Shown: positions 16,621 to 24,640 of the stretch, piece by piece
How positions within the stretch are numbered: the stretch's first letter is position 1
Layout: every line of letters begins with the position of its first letter
Source: a virus
Lineage: Duplodnaviria; Caudoviricetes
Virus record (IMG/VR): IMGVR_UViG_3300034965_000010
Location: 1-25,928 of that record
Length of the DNA: 25,928 nucleotides
Strand: one strand, 5' to 3'
Notes under the pieces: model-generated
The model's database searches: none
The model's input: the letters and a program-made list of their open reading frames with translations, nothing else
Told to the model about the DNA's origin: nothing
Translations under genes and position numbers: made by a program

Positions 16621-18093
16621 TTATCCTGGTATATTATCAATGTTGGCTGGCCCTATTCCTGTTTCCTGCAAAACTGTATCAACCTCTGCATCTATCTGCT
16701 GCTTTGTCCAGTCAGGATGTACCATTTGAACTTTAGTTCTAACACTGATCGCCTGCGCTCTATTTAATGTTTCTACTGTTGTGCTAACTTCTCCCATGTC
16801 AAAACTCAAACTATCTTGAAATTCTATTGTTGGTTTTATTACTTCAATACCAGGCGTTCTAAATACCCTCTGATCTATATCAAGTAACATTTCTAATAGA
16901 TCCTGTAATGCCTGCCTAAAGAATATTTGTTTTTTACCTGTTGTTACTAATGATTTTCTTTCCCTTAAATTTAAAGCTGTGCCGCTTTCTGCTTGGCCTG
17001 ATATATTCATACCAAAACTTTGTGGGCTGTAACCACTATCAGTAATGGCCTGCATAACCAATTGATTAACTGTGTCCTTATGCTCTGTAACTCTTAGATT
17101 AAACTGGACTTGGTTTATTCCTTCGCCTTTTGCACTTAATGGATCTATATCTAAAGCTGTAAATATTTCTCGATCTGCATTAAATGTAAATTCACCATTT
17201 TGGCGTTCTAACCAGCTTTCAGGTATAATAATGCGGGCCTGGCCTAACTTAATTTCTTTGATCCAACTTGTATAAGTTTGATTTATACTATCAAATAGGC
17301 CCTCATTGCCCTGGTAATCACTGTTGCCTAAACCACTACCCCTGTACTTTTTGTTAGGTTTAATATTAGCTATATATCTAACCATTAAATCATCTATTCC
17401 AGTTTGTATAATGTCCTGAAGATCTGCTGTACAAGATAAACTTGTTAATGGCACTATAAAACCAATATTATCATAAGATCCACGATACAAAACATTTTGG
17501 ACTTGGCCTTTTGTGTGTAATTCAATTAAACGCCACACATTTTTGTCATCCTCATATACTTCTTTAAAAAAGTATACATCATTTAAAAAGCCCCATTTAA
17601 AGGTTGGTATTGAATGATCCGCCTGAATAACATCAATAATAGGAATATCTTTAAATTCTACATCCCAATTAGGCTTTAAAAAACATCCACCTAATGCGCT
17701 TGCGCTTTCTGCTGCCTCTAATATCTTAGAATAAAAGTCTCCATCTGCTAGGATCTTATCAAGCCTATCTTGCGTTGCTGTTGCGCTTGCGCTTGGATTG
17801 TCCTGGTGGGCCTCTGCAATTCTGATTATTGGCTGTTCACTAAATAATAAGTTCGCACTTGTGCTGCTTATATCTGCGGCTACTGGTACAAACAAATAAG
17901 TCTGTATTTCTTTTCTTAAATGCGTTTGTCGCATCTTGTTACCTGGTAGATATGGCTGGTTTAAATGATCTGTATATAAATTTATAATACTTTCTACATC
18001 TGAAGAATACCATGCGGCCCATTCTGCGTATTTATTATAAATACATTTCCAATATTTTGGTAACCATTCTGAATTTTCTTGTGGTAATGGCAT
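16621..18093 (-). CDS. Portal protein (SPP1 gp6/A118-like)
   Basis: Probable start MPLPQENSEW at 18093 (GGGGG SD). Motifs ADISSTSANLLFSEQP, ALGGCFLKPNWD, LGNSDY, GYSPQSFG and ESGTAL; follows terL. Confidence 0.9.
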   Translation of the reverse strand: MPLPQENSEWLPKYWKCIYNKYAEWAAWYSSDVESIINLYTDHLNQPYLPGNKMRQTHLRKEIQTYLFVPVAADISSTSANLLFSEQPIIRIAEAHQDNPSASATATQDRLDKILADGDFYSKILEAAESASALGGCFLKPNWDVEFKDIPIIDVIQADHSIPTFKWGFLNDVYFFKEVYEDDKNVWRLIELHTKGQVQNVLYRGSYDNIGFIVPLTSLSCTADLQDIIQTGIDDLMVRYIANIKPNKKYRGSGLGNSDYQGNEGLFDSINQTYTSWIKEIKLGQARIIIPESWLERQNGEFTFNADREIFTALDIDPLSAKGEGINQVQFNLRVTEHKDTVNQLVMQAITDSGYSPQSFGMNISGQAESGTALNLRERKSLVTTGKKQIFFRQALQDLLEMLLDIDQRVFRTPGIEVIKPTIEFQDSLSFDMGEVSTTVETLNRAQAISVRTKVQMVHPDWTKQQIDAEVDTVLQETGIGPANIDNIPG

Positions 18094-18204
18094 ATAATTT
18101 CCCCCTTTTATTTTATTTCTTAATTTTATAATAACCAAATTTTCATAAAATTTAAACTAAATTCAATGTAAATAATAATATTGTTACATTTATTTATTTT
18201 AAAA

Positions 18205-18389
18205 TAGATCCAACTAATTAAAAAATAGATCAAACTAATTTTATTTTGAGGCCTGAAAATTTAGTTCCTACTAATTATAAATTTAGTTCCAACTAAATAA
18301 AAATGAGGCCTGAAATATTTAGTTTCAACTAATTATTAAATTAGATCCAACTAATTTTATTTTAAGATCTTAAAATTTAGTTGAAACTA
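18205..18389. repeat. Phased palindrome array 2: 7 copies of TAG(T/A)TNN(A/T)ACTA
   Basis: Units start at 18205, 18226, 18262, 18284, 18320, 18342 and 18378 (spacings 21,36,22,36,22,36). Confidence 0.92.
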
Positions 18390-18444
18390 AATAACCCTAC
18401 AACGCTGTGATAGCCAGTGTTACAAAAGTGTTATTTTTGTGTTT
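18377..18444. repeat. Conserved right end of array cassette 2 (direct repeat of 14437-14504)
   Basis: 63 of 68 positions identical to 14437-14504, at an offset of 3940 bp. Confidence 0.9.
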
Positions 18445-18457
18445 CGCTTTTTAGAAC

Positions 18458-19711
18458 TTAATTAACATATCTGCTCCATACTGATCTTGTGCTTTGTGAA
18501 ACATAGCGCCATGCATCCATTAGATGATCGAATAATTTAATGGGCTTGTCCTCTCCTATTTTCTGTGCCTTACTATCCCATGCATATGCTCCCATCTCTT
18601 GCAGCGTGTTTTTACATCTTGCGTGTACTCTAATCATGTCAGCACCTATTAGATTACAATTTAATTCTATACCCAATTTTACGCTGTTATCTGCTTGTAC
18701 TACATTTCTGACACCATCCTCATAAAGCTGCAACATAAATGCTACTGCTGAAGGATCTATGAATGTTCTTTCAGGCCTAATTGCTGCGCCTCCGATTGTT
18801 CGTAAATTATCCACCCACTTAATATAATCCTTTGAATACTGCGCAGGTGACTTTTGTATTCCTTCTCTACCATTATGATAATATTCATTTAATAAATATA
18901 ATTTGTGATCCACGCCCAAACCTGCCAAAATAAATGTTGTTGGGTTCGCTGATCCATAATCCACCCCTACCCAATATTTCAACATATCAGGAATATCTAT
19001 ATCATTAACTATCATATCATCAGTAAAGCCGCTATAAATTACACCCTCTGCGAGTACCCATAAACCTAATATATTTCTTTTGTACCATAGGCCACTGTAT
19101 GCGTGTTTTATGAATTGCAAGTATTCCTGGCTTAAATTAGGGTTGTCCTCTAGCATAAAATGGATAACTTCAACCATGCCCATATCTATTTTCTTTTGAT
19201 CTGTAATGTAATCCCTGTAAAGATAATGGAATGGCGTATCAGGGTTAGTTGTTGCAAATAATTTAGATCCCTGGATGCTTAACCTATTTAATAATTGTAA
19301 AAAGAAACCTTCAGGCATAAGTGATATTTCATCCGCATATGCACCTGCCAGGGTTTTACCTCTTAAATATTTTTCTGATCCCTGATCTTTTGCGCCTATT
19401 ATCTTAATTCTTCTACCAAATATTATAAGTTCACCACTATTTTGATTATATTTATAATTAGATGATCCGACTGTATCGAATAAATCATTAAGAATATTGT
19501 CGTAAATTGTCTCTTTACTGACACCAACCATTAATAATAACCCTGGTGGCCCTTCAAATATATATTGTAACCACTTAGGAATCATAGTTACCGTTTTACT
19601 TGACCTGACACTACCCTCAAGTATTGTAATTCTTGCGTGATCTTCTATAGGCCTACTAATAAACTGTGCTGATTTTAAACCCCATACGCCCCAATTCACC
19701 AAATTATTCAC
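18458..19711 (-). CDS. terL: Terminase large subunit (PBSX-type)
   Basis: Walker A region ILEGSVRSSKT, Walker B AYADE, coupling motif TTNP, nuclease motifs GVDYG and DHLMDAWRY. Confidence 0.95.
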   Translation of the reverse strand: MNNLVNWGVWGLKSAQFISRPIEDHARITILEGSVRSSKTVTMIPKWLQYIFEGPPGLLLMVGVSKETIYDNILNDLFDTVGSSNYKYNQNSGELIIFGRRIKIIGAKDQGSEKYLRGKTLAGAYADEISLMPEGFFLQLLNRLSIQGSKLFATTNPDTPFHYLYRDYITDQKKIDMGMVEVIHFMLEDNPNLSQEYLQFIKHAYSGLWYKRNILGLWVLAEGVIYSGFTDDMIVNDIDIPDMLKYWVGVDYGSANPTTFILAGLGVDHKLYLLNEYYHNGREGIQKSPAQYSKDYIKWVDNLRTIGGAAIRPERTFIDPSAVAFMLQLYEDGVRNVVQADNSVKLGIELNCNLIGADMIRVHARCKNTLQEMGAYAWDSKAQKIGEDKPIKLFDHLMDAWRYVSQSTRSVWSRYVN

Positions 19712-20669
19712 CTTCTTTTTTATCTAATAAAGATAGATCTATATTTGATAATGAATTAATTAATTCTTTAATGTTTCCATCATCATTACTACCATCTTTA
19801 CTTTGTGCTTTTATTTTCTCCTGGATTAATTTTATCTTTTGAATTTCCATTGTTCTTGCGTTATCTGAAACCATTCCTGAAACCTTAACTAGAAACTCAA
19901 GTGCTTTGTGCTTATCATGCATTTTAATAAATGTTCCCTGGTCATTTATTTTAATCTCTTGAATTGTATTAGCATTAATTAATTGTCCATTCTTCAGGTG
20001 GCAATAGTCATTCATAGCTGTTATTTTATTACCTGCTTTGTCTAGTGTTGTACTTCGCTTTCTTCCAACATCAACATATGTTGTAATATCACTAAAGGCT
20101 ATACTTGCATATTCCATTATTATTTTAGTTTGATTAATGCTAAGTGATTTCATAGCGCATTTTTGAAATTCTTCAATGACTGCGTGAATGTTGTCTTTTG
20201 TTAACAAATTACTAGCAATAGATCTTGCTGATTTTCTAGAATAGCCAGCGGCAATGGCTGCCCTTGATCCATTGAAATCAATACAAAACTCCTGGCAAAA
20301 TATAATTTGTTTACTAGTCAATTTCATATGCAACGCTGCAACGCTTTCCGTTGCATCCATGTTAGTGTTGCATAAAACCGTTGCATTTTCCGTTGCATCT
20401 GTTGCGCTTAACAGAATTTTTTCGTCTTTTTTATTTACCGTTGCATCCGTTGCATCATGTTTTATCGTTTTTTGTGACCGTTGCATCTTTTTTGTATTAT
20501 TGTCTACCGTATCAAGTCGAGTATTTAGGCCCTTGTCCCATTCTTCACGTTTCTTTCTACTGCGCACCGTTGCATATTTAACATTATATTTAATTGCTAG
20601 TTCTTTTAAACTAATTTTACCCTGGGCCAAAATATATTCCTGTTTAAGTAGATCATCTTTACCCCCCAC
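19704..20669 (-). CDS. terS: Terminase small subunit with an extra N-terminal HTH
   Basis: N-terminal HTH ISLKELAIKYNVKYATVRSRKKREEW; Terminase_2-like LTSKQIIFCQEFCIDFNGSRAAIAAGYS; KMHDKHKALEFL; overlaps the terL start. Confidence 0.9.
   Translation of the reverse strand: MGGKDDLLKQEYILAQGKISLKELAIKYNVKYATVRSRKKREEWDKGLNTRLDTVDNNTKKMQRSQKTIKHDATDATVNKKDEKILLSATDATENATVLCNTNMDATESVAALHMKLTSKQIIFCQEFCIDFNGSRAAIAAGYSRKSARSIASNLLTKDNIHAVIEEFQKCAMKSLSINQTKIIMEYASIAFSDITTYVDVGRKRSTTLDKAGNKITAMNDYCHLKNGQLINANTIQEIKINDQGTFIKMHDKHKALEFLVKVSGMVSDNARTMEIQKIKLIQEKIKAQSKDGSNDDGNIKELINSLSNIDLSLLDKKEGE
20328..20575. repeat. CCGTTGCAT repeat cluster within terS, candidate pac region
   Basis: Exact copies at 20348, 20378, 20390, 20438, 20447, 20478 and 20567, plus variants and inverted TGCAACG at 20329 and 20337. 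Confidence 0.7.
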
Positions 20670-20687
20670 ATGATCACCTTCTTAATT

Positions 20688-20951
20688 TTATTTTTCTTTA
20701 TATTTTATAAACTTTTTTAATTCAGTTTTACATTTTGAGCAAATATTTATGTTTTTAAATTCAATAAGATCTTTAGATGATCCACATATTTTACATGTTT
20801 CAACGTATTTTTTTAACACAACGTTTTCACCATCCATGTAAATTGCTAATGTATCAAGTATATTTATATGGACTTTCCTCATTACTTTTCTTGGTAATCC
20901 TAGCCTGCCTATTCTGTCAATTTTCCTTACGTCTCCTGTCGCAACTTTCAT
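20688..20951 (-). CDS. abrB: AbrB-family transition-state regulator with a C-terminal CxxC...CxxC domain
   Basis: TGDVRKIDRIGRLGLPRKVMR...LAIYMDGENVVLKKY...CKICG...ICSKC parallels clostridial AbrB (TGIVRKVDELGRIVIP). Confidence 0.85.
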   Translation of the reverse strand: MKVATGDVRKIDRIGRLGLPRKVMRKVHINILDTLAIYMDGENVVLKKYVETCKICGSSKDLIEFKNINICSKCKTELKKFIKYKEK

Positions 20952-21061
20952 TTTTAGCCCCTTTTTTGTTAGTTATTTGAATTTAATTCTTGTATTATTG
21001 AAATGTTAAATCTTTGTTAATTTATTCTAGCATAATTAAATATCAAATAATATTTTATAAC

Positions 21062-21109
21062 AAAAAAAGTTGGAAATTATACATATAAACACATATAATT
21101 CCCAACTTT
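21062..21109 (-). terminator. Probable intrinsic terminator downstream of the tandem-HTH gene
   Basis: Minus strand AAAGTTGGGAATTATA...TATAATTTCCAACTTTTTTT: a long stem followed by a U-tract. Confidence 0.6.
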
Positions 21110-21171
21110 ATTAAATTTTTTAGTTTTATGTAAATTATTTCTTAACAATATTTAATATGTATTACAAATTT

Positions 21172-21786
21172 CTACATAATAATATTATTTTTTCTTGATC
21201 TAAAATCATTTTCAAATAATAGTTTTTCAGGAATACAAAATAATTTAGATATGGATTTTTTACAGGGCTTACTAACATTCATGTCTGTATATAAGATCCT
21301 TTGAATTGTCTTAATGCTTACGCCTAATTCATCTGCAATAGTTTGTGAATTTAATTGATAAACATAAACTAATCCAAATAATAAATAGTTCCCAATATTA
21401 ACATTGTTCATTTTTTCACTAAATTTATGTACTAATTTTTCTTCTCTTAAAACTTTCCTTAACCTATGTGATATGGCCCTGCTGTATGGCCCAAATAAAT
21501 CATATACTGATATATTAAAATAAAATGCCATTTTCTTTGCTATTAATGGGCTTGGAACTTTTGCATTATATATATACCTTTGCATACTCCTATGGCTGCA
21601 CCCACTATATATAGCTAGTTCCGCCAGTTTCGTATCATAGGCATAACATAATGCAGCTAAAATTTTATTCTTTATATGAGTTGTGGCTGGGCTTTTAAAT
21701 CTATTAACCACTATTCCATGACATAAGTTTTTCATAACATCCTCATTTGTAACATGATCCATTTGTTGTGTAGGCCAGTTTCCCAT
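21172..21786 (-). CDS. Transcriptional regulator with two tandem XRE/Cro-like HTH domains
   Basis: LAELAIYSGCSHRSMQRY...PSPLIAKKMAFYFNISVYDLF and SQTIADELGVSIKTIQRI...SISKLFCIPEKLLF. Confidence 0.7.
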   Translation of the reverse strand: MGNWPTQQMDHVTNEDVMKNLCHGIVVNRFKSPATTHIKNKILAALCYAYDTKLAELAIYSGCSHRSMQRYIYNAKVPSPLIAKKMAFYFNISVYDLFGPYSRAISHRLRKVLREEKLVHKFSEKMNNVNIGNYLLFGLVYVYQLNSQTIADELGVSIKTIQRILYTDMNVSKPCKKSISKLFCIPEKLLFENDFRSRKNNIIM

Positions 21787-21899
21787 AATTCGACACCATC
21801 CTTCGTGTTTTAATTATAACATAATAAAACACTAAAAATAATGGGCTTATAGCTAAGTTTTAACATGTTTTTTATTAAATGGTTATGACACAATAATTA

Positions 21900-21927
21900 T
21901 ATATCATCATATATCATCATACATCAT
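21900..21927. repeat. Three 10-bp-phased TA(T/C)ATCAT repeats, putative operator
   Basis: TATATCATCA TATATCATCA TACATCAT; same motif and period as 15293-15322. Confidence 0.55.
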
Positions 21928-22055
21928 TAAAGGCCATTTAAAGCCCCTGTAATGCATTATTTTATAAGGGCATATTGTAGTATGTAATAATTGTTTCTAT
22001 TGATCCTGAATGAATCGCCTATAAACTAACAGGGAACTTATATAAATGTTACCAA

Positions 22056-22211
22056 TTATTTTTCACTATCTCTTTTGGCCACTAATTTAGTTAAAATTGA
22101 TGATAAAATATTAAACTCAAGTTCATTTGTTTTGCTGGAACTTTGTAATAAAAGATGATCTATTTTAGCATTAATATTTTTAATTTCTAGTTCTAATTTA
22201 TCAAGATCCAT
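22056..22211 (-). CDS. Hypothetical 51-aa coiled-coil-like peptide
   Basis: MDLDKLELEIKNINAKIDHLL...RDSEK; GGGGG SD right after the rep stop; below the ORF-track size cutoff. Confidence 0.5.
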   Translation of the reverse strand: MDLDKLELEIKNINAKIDHLLLQSSSKTNELEFNILSSILTKLVAKRDSEK

Positions 22212-22226
22212 TGTTTCATCTACCCC

Positions 22227-23093
22227 CTAATTTTTATCCCTGGCCATAATTTTTTTCATCATAATATTATATTCATCTTCTGCTGCATCTCCTGCTGGAT
22301 CTTCTATTGGATCTTTTTTTGGATCTTCTAACGCATTTTTATATATTTCTTCAGAATCACCTATACCAATTTGATCATATAATTCACCTGCATCTGATAA
22401 CTGTGGTATAACATTTTTAGTAATATAAATCTTTAAACCATCATATTTAGCGCCTTTTTTAACTGGCTTATATGTAAATTTAATATCTGTATATTTCATA
22501 AGTTCCATTTGTGTTTTTTTTAAAACTTTTGAATTGAAATTTCCATAAATATTATATGATTTATTAGTACAATTTATATATTTTTTTATATCAACTAAAG
22601 AAACTTCCAAAACCTTTTTATTACCATATTCAAATTGTTTACATTTTAAAAATTCATACATACCTATTGAAAATTTATTTCTTAATTTTAAAACATTCCA
22701 TAATTTATATTGCACATAAAAATCTTTTAATTCTAATAAATAATTCTTTAATGATGGGCTAAATTCTAAAGTAATAATTCCTGATCCTTTTGTATAACTG
22801 GCACATGATAACCATGATAATATATGCGTTGTTTTACCATCTTCTATTTCAAACACTTTGCGCATTAAATTTTTTGCTATTTCAGGTAAAGTAGAATATT
22901 TAGTTTGATCTTTTGTGCCTAATCCTTTAATAAAATCTTTTATACTTAAATTATATTTTTTAAATTCTTTATCCTTCATTTCAACTTTGCAGGCTAACCA
23001 GCAAATTAATTTTTGTTCTGTTAAAGTTAGATCATACTGGCATAAAACTAAACTATGCTTTTTACTAACAATATAATTTTCTTCTTTTATCAT
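22227..23093 (-). CDS. Plasmid-type replication initiator (Rep_3/RepB winged-helix family)
   Basis: KHSLV...YDLTLTEQKLI...LEFSPSLKNYLLELK...L.NKFSIGMYEFLK...YGNFNSKVLKK...EL...TDI; GGAGG SD; iterons directly upstream. Confidence 0.88.
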   Translation of the reverse strand: MIKEENYIVSKKHSLVLCQYDLTLTEQKLICWLACKVEMKDKEFKKYNLSIKDFIKGLGTKDQTKYSTLPEIAKNLMRKVFEIEDGKTTHILSWLSCASYTKGSGIITLEFSPSLKNYLLELKDFYVQYKLWNVLKLRNKFSIGMYEFLKCKQFEYGNKKVLEVSLVDIKKYINCTNKSYNIYGNFNSKVLKKTQMELMKYTDIKFTYKPVKKGAKYDGLKIYITKNVIPQLSDAGELYDQIGIGDSEEIYKNALEDPKKDPIEDPAGDAAEDEYNIMMKKIMARDKN

Positions 23094-23124
23094 TTTAATA
23101 CCTCCAAATTAAGAATAACATAAA

Positions 23125-23160
23125 AATAATACTAATACTACTTAGAGTATTAATATTATT
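23125..23160. promoter_or_regulatory. Inverted-repeat operator upstream of rep, putative autorepression site
   Basis: AATAATACTAATACT-N6-AGTATTAATATTATT (14 of 15 complementary); the arms resemble the GTATTAGT part of the iterons. Confidence 0.6.
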
Positions 23161-23166
23161 AATTTC

Positions 23167-23263
23167 ACACTTATATGGTATTAGTTTTTTATACTTTCAC
23201 ACTTGTATGGTATTAGTTTTCACACTTGTATGGTATTAGTTTACACTTGTATGGTATTAGTTT
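23167..23263. repeat. Four 21-bp iterons ACACTT(G/A)TATGGTATTAGTTT (replication origin)
   Basis: Copies at 23167, 23199, 23222 and 23243, upstream of the Rep_3-type gene. Confidence 0.88.
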
Positions 23264-23304
23264 GACTTTTAAACGTTGGCTGTCACTGGCTTATAAGTAC
23301 CCTG

Positions 23305-23346
23305 TAATCATTAATCATTAGTCTTTAATCATTAATACTTAATCAA
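23305..23346. repeat. Six tandem AT-rich 7-mers (consensus TAATCAT), putative origin unwinding element
   Basis: TAATCAT TAATCAT TAGTCTT TAATCAT TAATACT TAATCAA, next to the iterons. Confidence 0.65.
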
Positions 23347-23366
23347 TCTATCTATAGAGTAATATT

Positions 23367-23543
23367 TTATTTTAATTTTCTACCGCACTTAGGGCAATAT
23401 TCAATCTCATACATTGCATCCCCATCTGCTGCTGCAATAATAAAATATTCATTGCTTTTTAATTTAATAAATAGATCCACCCAATTTCCATTATCTAATA
23501 ATATTTCTTGATTTTCTTTTAAGTCACATATGCATTTATTCAT
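23367..23543 (-). CDS. Hypothetical 58-aa zinc-ribbon-like protein
   Basis: MNKCICD...IEYCPKCGRKLK; AGGAGG SD; below the ORF-track size cutoff. Confidence 0.7.
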   Translation of the reverse strand: MNKCICDLKENQEILLDNGNWVDLFIKLKSNEYFIIAAADGDAMYEIEYCPKCGRKLK

Positions 23544-23980
23544 TAGATCCTCCTGAAAATTAAAATAAATTTTAAATATTCTAACTATTTCTGATATTTT
23601 GGTATATACTGGTCATATCGTATTTATACGTATTCATAGCTTTCTGTTTTTTTCTATATATATAATTGTTTTTTTTCTTACTTTAAATTTGTTTTTATCA
23701 TCATGGTTAATGTATGAATCTTTATAATCTCTCAATAGTACAGCCCCAAATTATGTATTGAACCAACTTTTAAGTTGGTTCTTGTTTTATTTTGTCGAAT
23801 AAAGTCTATATTAAGTCGGTTATGCTATATATTTTAAGCCCTTCTTATATCAATTCTAAAGTATGTGTTTTTCTTTGAATACAATTATACCTAAAACCGC
23901 ATTAAGGTTATACAGTACCCCTAGAATTAAATAATAATATGTACTATTCATCTTAATTCATCTTTTAATTGCTAAACTTC

Positions 23981-24379
23981 TTAATTTAAGCCATAACTTT
24001 TGGAATATCTTATATAATCATTTTGCAATATTCCTGATACAATATCCGTTAATTCATTAAATTCAGTTTCATAAAGTTGAAATATTTCTGCATCTTGATC
24101 TGATCCCAGGCATAAGGTAAAGCCCTCTAGTTTAAATGCTACGCCTAGTGTAAAGAAATTTTTATGTTTAAGATCCAAAACATTATCTTTATCACATATT
24201 TCTAATATTTCTTTTGTTTTTTCTACAACCTCCTGGTTAGATGATAATAATTTCATTCCCTGGATTGCATAAGTTTTAAAATCTCCATATTTACCATTAA
24301 AATCTACTGTAAATACATTATTTATATCTTCATCTTTGATATTATGATCTTTTATATTGCCACTTTTAAATGCTTTCAT
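23981..24379 (-). CDS. Hypothetical phage protein
   Basis: 132 aa, GGAGG SD. Confidence 0.6.
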   Translation of the reverse strand: MKAFKSGNIKDHNIKDEDINNVFTVDFNGKYGDFKTYAIQGMKLLSSNQEVVEKTKEILEICDKDNVLDLKHKNFFTLGVAFKLEGFTLCLGSDQDAEIFQLYETEFNELTDIVSGILQNDYIRYSKSYGLN

Positions 24380-24392
24380 TTTCAGGCCTCCA

Positions 24393-24623
24393 TTATTTTT
24401 TAATTAATATTAGATCATCAACAAACCTTTCTAAAACCTGGTTTCCATATTGATCTACTAATATTATTTTAAATATTGTATTATTCTTTTTTATAGATGA
24501 AATTGTTAAAATATCATTGATTATAAAAGTCTCTTTTGTTGAATAATTGCAAGCTGCATTTATTAACCTAACATGATCCCCTATTTCAAAAGGGCAAAAC
24601 GCCCTATATTCTTGCATCATCAT
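24393..24623 (-). CDS. Hypothetical phage protein
   Basis: 76 aa, CPFEIGDHV motif (SH3/KOW-like start), GGGG SD. Confidence 0.6.
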   Translation of the reverse strand: MMMQEYRAFCPFEIGDHVRLINAACNYSTKETFIINDILTISSIKKNNTIFKIILVDQYGNQVLERFVDDLILIKK

Positions 24624-24640
24624 TTTTTAATCCCCTTTTT

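Noticed and set aside
14150-18389. The two arrays as CRISPR mini-arrays or TIGR-like guide arrays
   Set aside because: Units are only 12 bp and degenerate. Linkers alternate between 9-10 and 24 nt, are low-complexity and resemble each other rather than being unique spacers. No cas gene or Nop-domain gene is recognisable in the window. An RNA role is not fully excluded.
23738-23925. GGGG-starting motifs as Tn3/IS terminal repeats
   Set aside because: They are short and in the same orientation, with no transposase and no target-site duplication seen.
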